From a virus (Duplodnaviria > Heunggongvirae > Uroviricota > Caudoviricetes): DNA of 64,000 nucleotides. Position 1 is the stretch's first letter; each line of letters starts with the position of its first letter. The DNA lies in IMG/VR virus record IMGVR_UViG_3300046327_000158, positions 16,540-80,539 of that record, one strand, 5' to 3'. The notes beneath the pieces are model-generated. The model searched no databases. It was not told the DNA's origin and saw nothing but the letters and a program-made list of their open reading frames with translations. Of this stretch, positions 47,060 through 56,650 are shown in pieces. The position numbers and the translations under genes are program-made.

Positions 47060-47386
47060 ATGGAAAGGTCAGAAAAGATAAGTAGTATTCTAGGAGTTAT
47101 TCAAAAGTGGGGAGGATTTAACCCTAATGAAGTAAATGAAGAGTATAATGTTTGTGTTGGAGAGTTAGGTGGGTTAGTTGCAATTGTTACGTACTTGTCC
47201 CTAGATTGTATTGATGTATCAGTATATAGTCCTAGTAGTTTCTCTAGTGATAGTTTAGTTGATTATACGATGATGTATTCAGAATTGACTAATGATGTAT
47301 TAGATGAGTTGTTATTGTTATCTATTAGGTATGATGATGAGAGTTCAGAGGAAGAGCATTTATCAAATTCAGCAGTAGGGTATTAA
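47060..47386 (+). CDS. hypothetical very acidic protein
   Basis: 108-aa ORF. Confidence 0.5.
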   Translation: MERSEKISSILGVIQKWGGFNPNEVNEEYNVCVGELGGLVAIVTYLSLDCIDVSVYSPSSFSSDSLVDYTMMYSELTNDVLDELLLLSIRYDDESSEEEHLSNSAVGY

Positions 47387-47460
47387 GGCAGTTTCTTTAT
47401 CAAGCCGATTTTATTTTAAAAATATTTCACTAAACACTTGCACAACTAAAAACTAATTAT

Positions 47461-47468
47461 TACATTTG
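47461..47468 (+). promoter_or_regulatory. -7 box TACATTTG
   Basis: 23 nt upstream of ATG 47491. Confidence 0.45.
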
Positions 47469-47490
47469 TCTAACTTTAATACAAATAATT

Positions 47491-47718
47491 ATGGAAGCAA
47501 TATCATTACAAGAGTACGCAAAGAGATTAGGGTTTGAAGAGAATATACCAACTACTTTGCAAGAGATACAAGACTATATGGAAGAACATTTAGATTGGAC
47601 GCTTTGGGACTACCCAGTAGAAGAGTATGAATACGCTTTGAACGAGGTTCATAACGGAGACAAAGATGAATTAGTTTTAGTAGAGACAGACTTCGGGTTA
47701 AGAATTTGTGAAATTTAA
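47491..47718 (+). CDS. hypothetical acidic protein
   Basis: 75-aa ORF. Confidence 0.5.
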   Translation: MEAISLQEYAKRLGFEENIPTTLQEIQDYMEEHLDWTLWDYPVEEYEYALNEVHNGDKDELVLVETDFGLRICEI

Positions 47719-47732
47719 AATTTAGAAACAAT

Positions 47733-47939
47733 ATGAACTTATTATTTTTTAGCTTGAAGTCAGACTTCGAGGATTTAAGGCTTATAGCCAACAACGAGGC
47801 AGATTTAGAAAACTACCTAGTAGAAAAGGGATACAAAAATATCCACTTTCGGGACTTAAGAACTTCTTATGGGGTTTGTTATCTATCCTCCCAATACGAA
47901 AACGAGACGGCAGAATGTTTTTATGTAAGTAAAATTTAA
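47733..47939 (+). CDS. hypothetical protein
   Basis: 68-aa ORF. Confidence 0.45.
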   Translation: MNLLFFSLKSDFEDLRLIANNEADLENYLVEKGYKNIHFRDLRTSYGVCYLSSQYENETAECFYVSKI

Positions 47940-47943
47940 AATT

Positions 47944-48240
47944 ATGAAAGAAGACAACGAGTTATTAGCAAGGTTTCTAGGTTATAGGCAACCGCATCCC
48001 GAATACCCTATTTCAACCTATTGGTACAAAGAGGGGAAGCAACCGCTCACTATTTTATTATTTGATACTAGTTGGGATTGGTTAATGGAAGTAGTACAAG
48101 AGATTTCAGATATACTACAATATAGCTTGAATGCAACACTAGACTTCTTATCAGAGGAGCAAGGTTGGGACGGCTTATGTACTAAAGAAGAAGTTTACAA
48201 GGCTTGTGTAGAATTTGTACGAGAGTACGCAAAAAAATAA
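47944..48240 (+). CDS. hypothetical protein
   Basis: 98-aa ORF. Confidence 0.5.
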   Translation: MKEDNELLARFLGYRQPHPEYPISTYWYKEGKQPLTILLFDTSWDWLMEVVQEISDILQYSLNATLDFLSEEQGWDGLCTKEEVYKACVEFVREYAKK

Positions 48241-48275
48241 TTAAAAAAAATTAGTAAAAATCAAAAATTAATTTG

Positions 48276-48283
48276 TACATTTG
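48276..48283 (+). promoter_or_regulatory. -7 box TACATTTG
   Basis: 25 nt upstream of ATG 48308. Confidence 0.45.
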
Positions 48284-48307
48284 TACAACAATTTAAAACT
48301 TAAAATT

Positions 48308-48589
48308 ATGGAGACAAAAACAAATTGGGACTTTGTAGAACAATACTACCCTAACTACTCATCTAGCGATGAGATAATGCACAACGAAGACTTATTGAAG
48401 TTATTAGAGGGACAAGTAGATACGGGAGCAGATAGTGTTTACAATGAGATTAGAGAAGAGTTGCTTATCTTTGATATAGAGCCTAGAGAAGAAGAGATAC
48501 TAGGACTAGCACAACAAAGATATTCTGAATCTCTAGCATCAATTTACGGACAAGCTATTCAAGGTTATTTAGAAACATTAAAAGAGTAA
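48308..48589 (+). CDS. hypothetical acidic protein
   Basis: first ATG (METKTNW...) of ORF-track TTG-start ORF 48281. Confidence 0.5.
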   Translation: METKTNWDFVEQYYPNYSSSDEIMHNEDLLKLLEGQVDTGADSVYNEIREELLIFDIEPREEEILGLAQQRYSESLASIYGQAIQGYLETLKE

Positions 48590-48593
48590 AGAG

Positions 48594-48812
48594 ATGAGTA
48601 AATATTTTATTATTGACGGCTATTGGAAAGACGACCTATTAGAGTTCAGAGACTTTATTGTCAGAGAGTATGACGATATTGTAGATGAAGAGCAAGACAA
48701 TGAAATCTTCTACTACGGCTTAAGCGAAGCAGAAATCCTAGAATCAATTAACAATCCCGATGAGAGCGGACTAGAGTTCGTTGTTACAAACTATAAAGAA
48801 ATAAAATTATAA
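48594..48812 (+). CDS. hypothetical very acidic protein (72 aa)
   Basis: D/E about 30 percent. Confidence 0.5.
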   Translation: MSKYFIIDGYWKDDLLEFRDFIVREYDDIVDEEQDNEIFYYGLSEAEILESINNPDESGLEFVVTNYKEIKL

Positions 48813-48866
48813 AAAATAGTTGCACATTAAAAATAAAGTTGTATCTTTACCAAGAATTTAAAACTA

Positions 48867-49295
48867 ATGATTATGGAAAAAGAGTTCCCAAAAAGCAGAA
48901 AAGCTCTTAAATCAGAGTTGCATAAGTTATGCAAGAAAAACACAATGCTATCAGAGTTCATTGATACAATTTTTTATAACTACTCGGATAAAGAAATCCT
49001 AGCATTTGATTTATCAAATTGGTATTGGGATTTTGAAATAGGGGAATTTTCAAGTTTGTTTTATTTGAGAAACGAAGATTTGATAGAGTTTGATGAAGAC
49101 CTACCAATAGAAGAGAGAGGTTGGCAACAAAACACTTTAGAGGGGTTATTTGAGCAATATGCTCTTTATGATGATGAATTAGAGAAAGCAACCCTTGATA
49201 ACGGCAAAGTAATACTTTTGCTAGACCAAGATGATTACCTAGAGTTTGTTATATTAGATAAAGAAAAAATACAAGGAGGGTACGCAATCCTATAA
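48867..49295 (+). CDS. hypothetical acidic protein
   Basis: 142-aa ORF after imperfect -7 box 48843. Confidence 0.5.
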   Translation: MIMEKEFPKSRKALKSELHKLCKKNTMLSEFIDTIFYNYSDKEILAFDLSNWYWDFEIGEFSSLFYLRNEDLIEFDEDLPIEERGWQQNTLEGLFEQYALYDDELEKATLDNGKVILLLDQDDYLEFVILDKEKIQGGYAIL

Positions 49296-49306
49296 ACTTA
49301 AAAAAC

Positions 49307-49825
49307 ATGGAAAATTTAGAATTATTTGCAAGAAAATGTACTTGTTGTGGTGGTGGAATGAATGACGGATATGTGGTAGGCGGTGGTGCTGAATACTATT
49401 GTTCTGACAATTGCCTAGAGCAACACTATACACCCGAAGAGTGGAAAGAGATGACTGCTGAAGAAGAGGAGGACGATTATGGCTTCTCTCTAGGTAGCGG
49501 AGATAACTATTGGACAGAGTGGGATACCGAAGACGATGACGAAATGGAGTATGTTCTGTACAAGGACGAAGTAATCGACAGAGAAGACTTAAAACCTAGA
49601 GTGTTAAGAGAAGACTTCTTAAATTGGTTGTTTTCAGATAGCGATGACGCAAAAGGTCTAGGTATCAGAGTTATGAAAGAGTTAATGGTAAGTGGTACTT
49701 CTACTACTAGTGTAGATGAGTTGTTTTACGAGTGCGGTTATATTCCCGTACACATCCTAGAAAATTCAGATATGTTCGATGAAGACCAAGAGTTTGACCC
49801 AAGTGAAGTAGTTTTATTATACTAA
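49307..49825 (+). CDS. zinc-ribbon (CTCC...C..C) plus acidic-tail protein
   Basis: 172 aa; N-terminal 4-Cys cluster, D/E-rich remainder. Confidence 0.5.
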   Translation: MENLELFARKCTCCGGGMNDGYVVGGGAEYYCSDNCLEQHYTPEEWKEMTAEEEEDDYGFSLGSGDNYWTEWDTEDDDEMEYVLYKDEVIDREDLKPRVLREDFLNWLFSDSDDAKGLGIRVMKELMVSGTSTTSVDELFYECGYIPVHILENSDMFDEDQEFDPSEVVLLY

Positions 49826-49828
49826 GAA

Positions 49829-50047
49829 ATGGATATAAAAATAAACATAGTAGAAGTAGCATCAGAGTTAGCCGATAGAGACTTAGTAATCTCATACGGA
49901 AACGAGGGAGGTAAAAACATATTTCCAAATGGTCTTTTAAGAAATCTTGAAGATGAACTCTCTTATACAGAGGAAGCACAAGATTACTTTAATGCAAGAT
50001 ACGATTTTTGGTACGACTTTTTGTGGAACTTAAAAACAGAGAATTAA
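49829..50047 (+). CDS. hypothetical protein
   Basis: 72-aa ORF. Confidence 0.45.
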   Translation: MDIKINIVEVASELADRDLVISYGNEGGKNIFPNGLLRNLEDELSYTEEAQDYFNARYDFWYDFLWNLKTEN

Positions 50048-50049
50048 TC

Positions 50050-50337
50050 ATGCGATACACAGAAAGACAACAAGAGATTGTAGCATTTTTAGAAAACCTA
50101 GTACATAGGAGATTTAGTCAAGAGAGATTAAACGAAGCATTATCAATCTTTTTTGGGGAGGACATTGTTTTAGAAACTGCATCAGAAGATGAGTTACCAA
50201 CAGATTTCAACTTAATATTTAACCTAGAGCGTGAAGACCAATATGGATACTTTGATATTTATATGTTACCTATGCGTACAGAGGGTTATGACGGAAGTAC
50301 AATGTATATAACAGAAGTAGGATATGAGTTCGAGTAA
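50050..50337 (+). CDS. hypothetical protein
   Basis: ATG (MRYTERQQ...) in frame of ORF-track 50008 ORF, placed after upstream stop. Confidence 0.45.
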   Translation: MRYTERQQEIVAFLENLVHRRFSQERLNEALSIFFGEDIVLETASEDELPTDFNLIFNLEREDQYGYFDIYMLPMRTEGYDGSTMYITEVGYEFE

Positions 50338-50545
50338 TGAATTAGCAGTAGTATCATCGTACATTATGTACTATGACTTATTAGAATTCAGTATTAATGG
50401 TAGTTTCTTTTCAAAGATAGACAAGGCTATGGAATTGGCAGAAAAGTTTATTGAAAGGTACTCACACGAATACAGAACAGATTGGACAGAAAAAGATTGG
50501 GAAGAAACACTAGAGAATTTTATAATTCTAAACACACAGAATTAG
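50324..50545 (+). CDS. hypothetical protein
   Basis: 73-aa ORF. Confidence 0.45.
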   Translation: MSSSNELAVVSSYIMYYDLLEFSINGSFFSKIDKAMELAEKFIERYSHEYRTDWTEKDWEETLENFIILNTQN

Positions 50546-50547
50546 AT

Positions 50548-50775
50548 ATGAGAACAATTTATTATGTGGTATCTCCACAATTAGAAAGTATAGACGACAT
50601 TCAAGAATGTAATGGTTGGAAAGATGTTAGTCTCTACGAAGTAGAAGATGGTGCAATGGTATCTATTGGTTTCTTTACAATGCTAATGGCAGAAGAGACA
50701 TACAAAGAGGTATCTACATACCTAGAAGAAGATTATTCACTAGACCTTGAAAAGATAAGGTTAATACAACTTTAG
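50548..50775 (+). CDS. hypothetical protein
   Basis: ATG (MRTIYYVVS...) in frame of ORF-track 50482 ORF. Confidence 0.45.
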   Translation: MRTIYYVVSPQLESIDDIQECNGWKDVSLYEVEDGAMVSIGFFTMLMAEETYKEVSTYLEEDYSLDLEKIRLIQL

Positions 50776-50777
50776 TT

Positions 50778-50960
50778 ATGAAAAAGTACACAGATTTATC
50801 AGAGCAAGAAAAAGAAGCACTAGAAGAGAAGTTCTTTCTTACAGAAGAAAAAGACGAGATATTCATTGACCAATATGGAAGACCCTATGCAAAAAAAGAC
50901 GGGTTATTGTATTTCTCAATGAGAACAAACCAAACAGAGTATTCAATTAAAAACAAATAA
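50778..50960 (+). CDS. hypothetical protein
   Basis: 60-aa ORF. Confidence 0.4.
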   Translation: MKKYTDLSEQEKEALEEKFFLTEEKDEIFIDQYGRPYAKKDGLLYFSMRTNQTEYSIKNK

Positions 50961-50962
50961 AA

Positions 50963-51283
50963 ATGAAACAAGAAGTAGTAAAAGTAGTAGCAGAGTTTGA
51001 CAAAGTTATCGCAAAATCTAGCCAAAGAACGGTTGAAGTAAAAAGAAATTCCGTTAATAGCGGAGCAATACTGACCTTTAAGGGTTTGGTTGCAAATGTT
51101 GGTCCAGAATCAGCAGTTAGTAGCACTTTATCAGATTGTGGGTTAGTAAAAACAACAAAGCTAGGTCTTACAACAGAATCTCTATTAGAGTTGTATGTAG
51201 TAATACAAACTTACATCGATGTTGTATTGGCAGATGAGGTAAGTGAAGAAAAACCAAAAAAAGTTAGGAAAAAAGATAATTAA
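50963..51283 (+). CDS. hypothetical protein
   Basis: 106-aa ORF. Confidence 0.5.
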   Translation: MKQEVVKVVAEFDKVIAKSSQRTVEVKRNSVNSGAILTFKGLVANVGPESAVSSTLSDCGLVKTTKLGLTTESLLELYVVIQTYIDVVLADEVSEEKPKKVRKKDN

Positions 51284-51287
51284 TCTA

Positions 51288-51295
51288 TATCTTTG
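51288..51295 (+). promoter_or_regulatory. -7 box TATCTTTG (ATCTATATCTTTGCAAAAAAA)
   Basis: 18 nt upstream of ATG 51313. Confidence 0.5.
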
Positions 51296-51312
51296 CAAAA
51301 AAATATTTAACT

Positions 51313-51732
51313 ATGACAAGAATATCAGTAGGAGTTAGAGCCATAGAGCTTTGTGATGCACACTTAATCAAAGAGAGAATTGAGTTGTTAAGAATACCAA
51401 ATGCTATTAAATCAGGAAAGGCGGTTGTAAAAAACATACCTAACACATTCACTCTAGGTACAGGACACGTCAAATTCTTCTACGATAAGCTAGGTTATTT
51501 ACAGCAAAGATACATAGAACTCACAGCAGAATGCTTGGAGAGAGATTTCAACATCACAGACTTTTCAGATAGTTTCAAAGATTTGCCCCCGAATCTTTGT
51601 AAAAACTACGAGGAAACAACACAAGACAGAGAGGTTGTAGTTCAGAGAGTAAACGAAAGATTACTAGGAATGAAAAACCTAAAATACAACAGAGAAGCAA
51701 TTGAAGTAGAACATTTATTAATCACACCATAG
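51313..51732 (+). CDS. hypothetical protein
   Basis: 139-aa ORF. Confidence 0.5.
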   Translation: MTRISVGVRAIELCDAHLIKERIELLRIPNAIKSGKAVVKNIPNTFTLGTGHVKFFYDKLGYLQQRYIELTAECLERDFNITDFSDSFKDLPPNLCKNYEETTQDREVVVQRVNERLLGMKNLKYNREAIEVEHLLITP

Positions 51733-51733
51733 T

Positions 51734-51991
51734 ATGTTAAATTACGAAAGATTAATGAGCCACAACCCGACAGAGTACGGGAGAATGATTAACTCTAAAG
51801 GACAAGAGATTATATTCTTAGAGCATCCTTTGAGAGGGGACGAGACACCAGTAATATGTGCGTGTCCCCAACTAGAACTAGCTGCTTATAGTACTTTCTA
51901 TGAATTAGATGATATGACCGCAGAACACAAAGATTATGAACCTAACTTCCAAGACGGAAAATTCTTTATTGGAGATTTTATACAAGACTAA
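51734..51991 (+). CDS. hypothetical protein
   Basis: 85-aa ORF. Confidence 0.45.
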   Translation: MLNYERLMSHNPTEYGRMINSKGQEIIFLEHPLRGDETPVICACPQLELAAYSTFYELDDMTAEHKDYEPNFQDGKFFIGDFIQD

Positions 51992-52359
51992 TGACAAAAG
52001 AAATATCAATGGGACGCAGATTAGCGTTTGTAAGACAAGATATAGCAAGATTGCTAGAAGAACTGCCAAAAGAGGTATTAGATACTCAGATTGATGAGTA
52101 TTCTACTAATCTAGGAGAGATACTTAACGGAATTGCAATAGCTTGTGATGAATCTAACCAAGAGCCAGTATATTGGATAAGAAATTGGTTCGAGGTATTT
52201 AGGCTAGACGATGAGGGGATAAAAGAAACTATTGCAGAGTTTGACACAAAAAAACAAGCATTGGACTTTATGTGGGAACGCTCTTTAAACTATCCAGAAA
52301 CAGAACTAGGCTATGAAGAGTGGGAGAGCAACGGGGAAGCAAAAGGTATAAAATATTAA
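51991..52359 (+). CDS. hypothetical acidic protein
   Basis: 122-aa ORF. Confidence 0.5.
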   Translation: MTKEISMGRRLAFVRQDIARLLEELPKEVLDTQIDEYSTNLGEILNGIAIACDESNQEPVYWIRNWFEVFRLDDEGIKETIAEFDTKKQALDFMWERSLNYPETELGYEEWESNGEAKGIKY

Positions 52360-52382
52360 TAACAAGAAAAAAATATAATATT

Positions 52383-52622
52383 ATGTTAAAAGCAATCAAG
52401 AATTTTCACGACAAGTATAGCGACAGAATTAGTGTAGTACTAAAGTTTGTGCTAGTATTAAGTTTTGCAGGAACAATATTTTTCATATTCAGACCTGACC
52501 TTAACAACAATTCAAATGTATCTCTCCCCGAAGAAATTCAAATGGCAGAGGTTGGAGATACTTTAAGAGTGTATAAAGTTAGCGACTCTATCTATGTGGA
52601 GTTTGTAAACCGTAAAAAGTAA
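52383..52622 (+). CDS. hypothetical membrane protein
   Basis: ATG (MLKAIKNF...) in frame of ORF-track 52320; one TM segment. Confidence 0.45.
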   Translation: MLKAIKNFHDKYSDRISVVLKFVLVLSFAGTIFFIFRPDLNNNSNVSLPEEIQMAEVGDTLRVYKVSDSIYVEFVNRKK

Positions 52623-52626
52623 AGGT

Positions 52627-52857
52627 ATGAGAATTATAGTACAATACCAACCAAGAATTTCGGGATTAGCTATGGTCGTTATACAACAAGAAGTAGAGTG
52701 GTCTATGGTTGCAAAAGATGACCCAAACCAAAGACAATACTCTACTAGTTTAAGCATAGAGCAACTGAAAGAGTATGATATAGACAATGTCTTCGATAAA
52801 GACTTAAAATACCTAGAGGGGTTACTACTTGAAAAAGTTGAATATATTGAGTTTTAG
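52627..52857 (+). CDS. hypothetical protein
   Basis: 76-aa ORF. Confidence 0.45.
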   Translation: MRIIVQYQPRISGLAMVVIQQEVEWSMVAKDDPNQRQYSTSLSIEQLKEYDIDNVFDKDLKYLEGLLLEKVEYIEF

Positions 52858-52858
52858 T

Positions 52859-53080
52859 ATGGCAAAAATAATAATCAGCCTTAAGGAAGTAGTAGAATAT
52901 CTCGAGAGTATAGAAAATACTCCTCCAGAGACAAAGAAAGAGATAATTGATACATTGTATCAGATAGATCAAAAATATGGCAGAAAATGGATATTTAGCC
53001 ATGTCACGAAAAAGTATTATATTGATGAATACAATCAGTATGATGACTTTGTAAAAACTTATATATTTAATCAAGAATAA
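52859..53080 (+). CDS. hypothetical protein
   Basis: ATG (MAKIIISL...) in frame of ORF-track 52829 ORF. Confidence 0.45.
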   Translation: MAKIIISLKEVVEYLESIENTPPETKKEIIDTLYQIDQKYGRKWIFSHVTKKYYIDEYNQYDDFVKTYIFNQE

Positions 53081-53081
53081 T

Positions 53082-53231
53082 ATGGCAGTAGAAAAAGTGG
53101 TATTTTGTACCAATACGGGATTTAATATGTTTTTAAACCCTAATTTTGTGGAGCATTTTATTGATGTTCCGGAAAAACCTAAGAAGGTAAAAGCAGTAAA
53201 GAATCAAACAAAAATTAAAACTAATAAGTAG
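53082..53231 (+). CDS. small lysine-rich protein (49 aa), not in ORF track
   Basis: ATG 1 nt after previous stop; K-rich C-terminus. Confidence 0.35.
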   Translation: MAVEKVVFCTNTGFNMFLNPNFVEHFIDVPEKPKKVKAVKNQTKIKTNK

Positions 53232-53515
53232 TATGGTAGTTTGGTTTGTATGTTTAATAGGTGCTTTGTACACCTTATCAAAATTTAAAGTTAATTAATA
53301 TGCCAATAGTAGTGTTATTCACAACAATATACGTAGTTATTTTAGCTACAACAAGAGACTAAAGCTTTTACGGAATGAGAATCCTTACATACCCTGTAAT
53401 GTTGGTCGTTACTATGGTCGTATCACTACACTGCTGTAAAAGCAAGAATCATATATCAGTGTAAATAGTAATATGGGTGGCTTTTCGGAGAGACGAAATA
53501 ATTTAAAAAAAAGAG

Positions 53516-53740
53516 ATGGCAAAAACATTAGTAGAGTGGTTATTGTTTGAGATGTCAAAAAATGGATTACTACCAAATGGTATTCCTGATGAAATTCACA
53601 AAAAAGCCAAAAAAATAGAAAGGCAACGTATTAAGGATGCCTATATGTTTGGGAGATTTGAAAGCGATGAGTTAACCATGCAAGATGAGTACTATATGAA
53701 TAGGTACTACAATAGAGTAACTAAAAAACAGATAAAATGA
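53516..53740 (+). CDS. hypothetical protein
   Basis: 74-aa ORF. Confidence 0.45.
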   Translation: MAKTLVEWLLFEMSKNGLLPNGIPDEIHKKAKKIERQRIKDAYMFGRFESDELTMQDEYYMNRYYNRVTKKQIK

Positions 53741-53985
53741 CAACAATAGGACAAGAAAAATTACAACTTATGCTACTTTTAGTAGTTATTACAATCATTT
53801 GGATTGCTTACGAGATTTATCTTATGCCTAAGGGCAGATACACAATAGAAACTAACTTTACATCTTGGAAGACAGATGCTTATACAATCACAGAGGATGG
53901 TATAGTTTTTAAAACGCACTTAGGACAAGAAATAGAAATCCGTGGTAAATACACGATAAAAGACTCGAAAGAAGATGAGAAATAA
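53737..53985 (+). CDS. hypothetical membrane protein
   Basis: 82 aa, one TM segment. Confidence 0.45.
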   Translation: MTTIGQEKLQLMLLLVVITIIWIAYEIYLMPKGRYTIETNFTSWKTDAYTITEDGIVFKTHLGQEIEIRGKYTIKDSKEDEK

Positions 53986-54163
53986 GATGTCAAGAGAAAG
54001 AGCAATAGAAACTCTTTACAATATGCACCAAGATTTTAAGATACCTACAAACTTTACAGAAGATCACAGTGAGCACGAAAGAGCAGTAGAGCAGCTTATG
54101 GAATTAGGTTACTTAGTTTGGGAAGATTTTTTTGATGAAGACAAAGATAATTTTTGTCAGTAA
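53975..54163 (+). CDS. hypothetical acidic protein
   Basis: 62-aa ORF. Confidence 0.4.
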   Translation: MRNKMSRERAIETLYNMHQDFKIPTNFTEDHSEHERAVEQLMELGYLVWEDFFDEDKDNFCQ

Positions 54164-54169
54164 GCTATT

Positions 54170-54310
54170 ATGAAACTAATTTACATGGCAAAGACATTAG
54201 AGCTGATTGCTAAGACAAGAGGAGTAAAAGCTGCTAAAGATTTAGAAGCACTTGGGACAATAGAATACATGGGAGAGATTCCCTATTTACTAATTAGAAT
54301 AAAAGAATAA
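54170..54310 (+). CDS. small protein (46 aa), not in ORF track
   Basis: fills gap between co-oriented genes; ATG 6 nt after previous stop. Confidence 0.3.
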   Translation: MKLIYMAKTLELIAKTRGVKAAKDLEALGTIEYMGEIPYLLIRIKE

Positions 54311-54313
54311 ATT

Positions 54314-54673
54314 ATGGGATTTTTTGAAAAACAGGTAATACTTACAGAAGAGGAGCAACAACTTTTCGACATGATTTCAGCTATGGTTAACAACCCTCAA
54401 TGTAATATTGATGTTGATCCAAATACTATGCAGTATCTTTTAGATATAGAATCTTTACAATACTTTGTTATTATTGATAGTGTAGGGGTAGAGTTTAGTA
54501 ATCACAATTTTTGTGTAGCTAGAAGACTAAGTTCTAAAGGCTTAGACGCTATAAAGAAATTAGTGGCAGATGAATCTTCTAGGAGATGGGTATTAAAAAG
54601 AGATACTATCTCTAAGAACCAAAAAGACTTAATAGAAAAAATTAAAACAAACGTAGGAAATGGCACAAACTAA
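54314..54673 (+). CDS. hypothetical protein
   Basis: 119-aa ORF. Confidence 0.5.
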   Translation: MGFFEKQVILTEEEQQLFDMISAMVNNPQCNIDVDPNTMQYLLDIESLQYFVIIDSVGVEFSNHNFCVARRLSSKGLDAIKKLVADESSRRWVLKRDTISKNQKDLIEKIKTNVGNGTN

Positions 54674-55154
54674 TCCACCAGTAAAAATCTCTGACTTAAT
54701 CAAGTTTTCAGAGGTAGATTACAAAGAGACTAAAAAGACTTTGGCTACAATGAATCAGATGGTTACAGAATATGTAAAGAATACAGATGACCTTGACGGC
54801 CTAGAAGATCTTAAGAGAAGATTTAATAGCTATTTGGTTTACCTTGCTACATATTATAGTAAAATCAGATGTTTCCGTGAGAACTTTGAGTACCTAGAAG
54901 CACAGAGAAAGAGAATCAAGTCAGAAGCTATCGACCATATTATGAAGAATAGTGATGATAAGATTTCTATCTCAGCAGCAGAGAAAGTAGTTTACTCAAG
55001 CCAATATTACATGGATAGAATAAGTTTGATAGAACAACTAAAGCAGTTCTTCTATATAGTTGACTTATCTTATCAGAATTATCAAGACGTACAAAGAAGT
55101 ATTTATCAATCAATCTCTATATTATCAAAAGAGAAACAATCAACAATTAACTAA
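54660..55154 (+). CDS. hypothetical protein
   Basis: 164-aa ORF. Confidence 0.5.
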   Translation: MAQTNPPVKISDLIKFSEVDYKETKKTLATMNQMVTEYVKNTDDLDGLEDLKRRFNSYLVYLATYYSKIRCFRENFEYLEAQRKRIKSEAIDHIMKNSDDKISISAAEKVVYSSQYYMDRISLIEQLKQFFYIVDLSYQNYQDVQRSIYQSISILSKEKQSTIN

Positions 55155-55156
55155 TT

Positions 55157-55480
55157 ATGGGAACAATTTTTATTATCGGGTTTTTATGGCTATTGGTAGG
55201 GTACACTTCTTGCAAAATTACTAGGTACGCCTGGGAAGTAAATTGGTATGAAAGCTTTGGGGTTCATTATGTAGATGATTCTGAATTTTTCAACCAAAAA
55301 GAAGAACTAATTCACATAATCATTTCCTCACTAGGCGGAATTATAACAGCAGGAGTAATGGTAGCTCTAACAAAGCCATATAGCTCGGAGTCTATTTACT
55401 ATTACAAAAAGAGTCTAGGTATGGTGTTTAGATATAACAGAGAAAAAGTAGAGAAGCACTATGGCACAAGTAAAGTATAA
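55157..55480 (+). CDS. hypothetical membrane protein
   Basis: 107 aa, two TM segments. Confidence 0.5.
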   Translation: MGTIFIIGFLWLLVGYTSCKITRYAWEVNWYESFGVHYVDDSEFFNQKEELIHIIISSLGGIITAGVMVALTKPYSSESIYYYKKSLGMVFRYNREKVEKHYGTSKV

Positions 55481-55754
55481 GTTAGTTAGAAAAGAAGACG
55501 GCTTAGTAAAAGAGTCAAAAGACATTAATTGGGTAGAGTGGGATGAAAGAGGGTCTTTCAAAGAAGTACACAACGAACCTAAAGTTGGATATTCTGCAAT
55601 AGTAGGCCCAAAAAGCATCTCGTACTCTTGGTTAACCACACCAATAACAGAGATTTTAGAACAGAGAGAAGATTACTTACATTTCAAAACAGAAAATAGT
55701 GAGTATGAACTTTTTAAAGAAGAAGATTTAACAGATAAAGATTTAATGAGTTAA
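55461..55754 (+). CDS. hypothetical protein
   Basis: 97-aa ORF. Confidence 0.5.
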   Translation: MAQVKYKLVRKEDGLVKESKDINWVEWDERGSFKEVHNEPKVGYSAIVGPKSISYSWLTTPITEILEQREDYLHFKTENSEYELFKEEDLTDKDLMS

Positions 55755-55756
55755 TT

Positions 55757-56281
55757 ATGGAAGATATATTTATAGAAGATGTATTGGGTTTTTTAGCAGG
55801 CAGCTTTATAGTATTGCTTGTATGGGTTGCTGTTTCAGGGTTATTGTATATGATGCTAGACTCGACAAAATTAAAAAGTGGTAAAAGTTTAAGAGATTAT
55901 ATCTCTATAAATATTAAATTACCAAAAAGAGAAAGGTTCTTGACCAAAGTAGATCCAATCTACGAGCTAAAAGATACTGATTGGCAGGGTTGGTGTATAG
56001 TAAAGTGGGAGTTAGATTATACAGATAATAATGTAGGATTGCAGTTTTTGATGCTATTATTGATTTACCCTATTAACTTATACAGGTATAAGTACGTAGC
56101 TAAAGGTGGGATTTTTCTAGGGGATAAGAAATACACAGACATTAATGTAAGCTTAGAAGAGTTCTACGAAACGCAATGGGCTATTGAAAATGCTGAAGAG
56201 TTGGAAAAAGCTGCTCGCAGAAAAAAGCTAAAGGATAAAAGAGATAATTTGAACAAGGTGTTTAACGAAAATTACGAATAA
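55757..56281 (+). CDS. hypothetical membrane protein
   Basis: 174 aa, N-terminal TM segment. Confidence 0.5.
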   Translation: MEDIFIEDVLGFLAGSFIVLLVWVAVSGLLYMMLDSTKLKSGKSLRDYISINIKLPKRERFLTKVDPIYELKDTDWQGWCIVKWELDYTDNNVGLQFLMLLLIYPINLYRYKYVAKGGIFLGDKKYTDINVSLEEFYETQWAIENAEELEKAARRKKLKDKRDNLNKVFNENYE

Positions 56282-56649
56282 TGGGGGTATTTATTATGTC
56301 AGTACTAACTGCATTTTTTATAGTGCAATTAATAAGCGGTGCTATACTACGTTTTGAAGACGGGTCTCCGGCTAAAGATAAGGATATTTTAGAGTTTTTA
56401 GAAAAAACCGATAGAGAGTACACTAGAATTACTTCTACTTGGACAGGTAATTTATACATATATGGTACTACGCATCCTCGTATTATTAGAAATCCTAAAT
56501 GGTTTCTATATTACCCTTACACAATAGGTGGGGTTGGTGCAGTGCCAAGATGGTACAAATCAAGAAAAGTAATTGATGCAAAATTTGCTGAGCTATTCAA
56601 AGGTAGTCAGTACGATACAAACAAACGTAAAAAATTAGGGTTAGATTAA
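56281..56649 (+). CDS. hypothetical membrane protein
   Basis: 122 aa, N-terminal TM. Confidence 0.5.
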   Translation: MGVFIMSVLTAFFIVQLISGAILRFEDGSPAKDKDILEFLEKTDREYTRITSTWTGNLYIYGTTHPRIIRNPKWFLYYPYTIGGVGAVPRWYKSRKVIDAKFAELFKGSQYDTNKRKKLGLD

Positions 56650-56650
56650 T

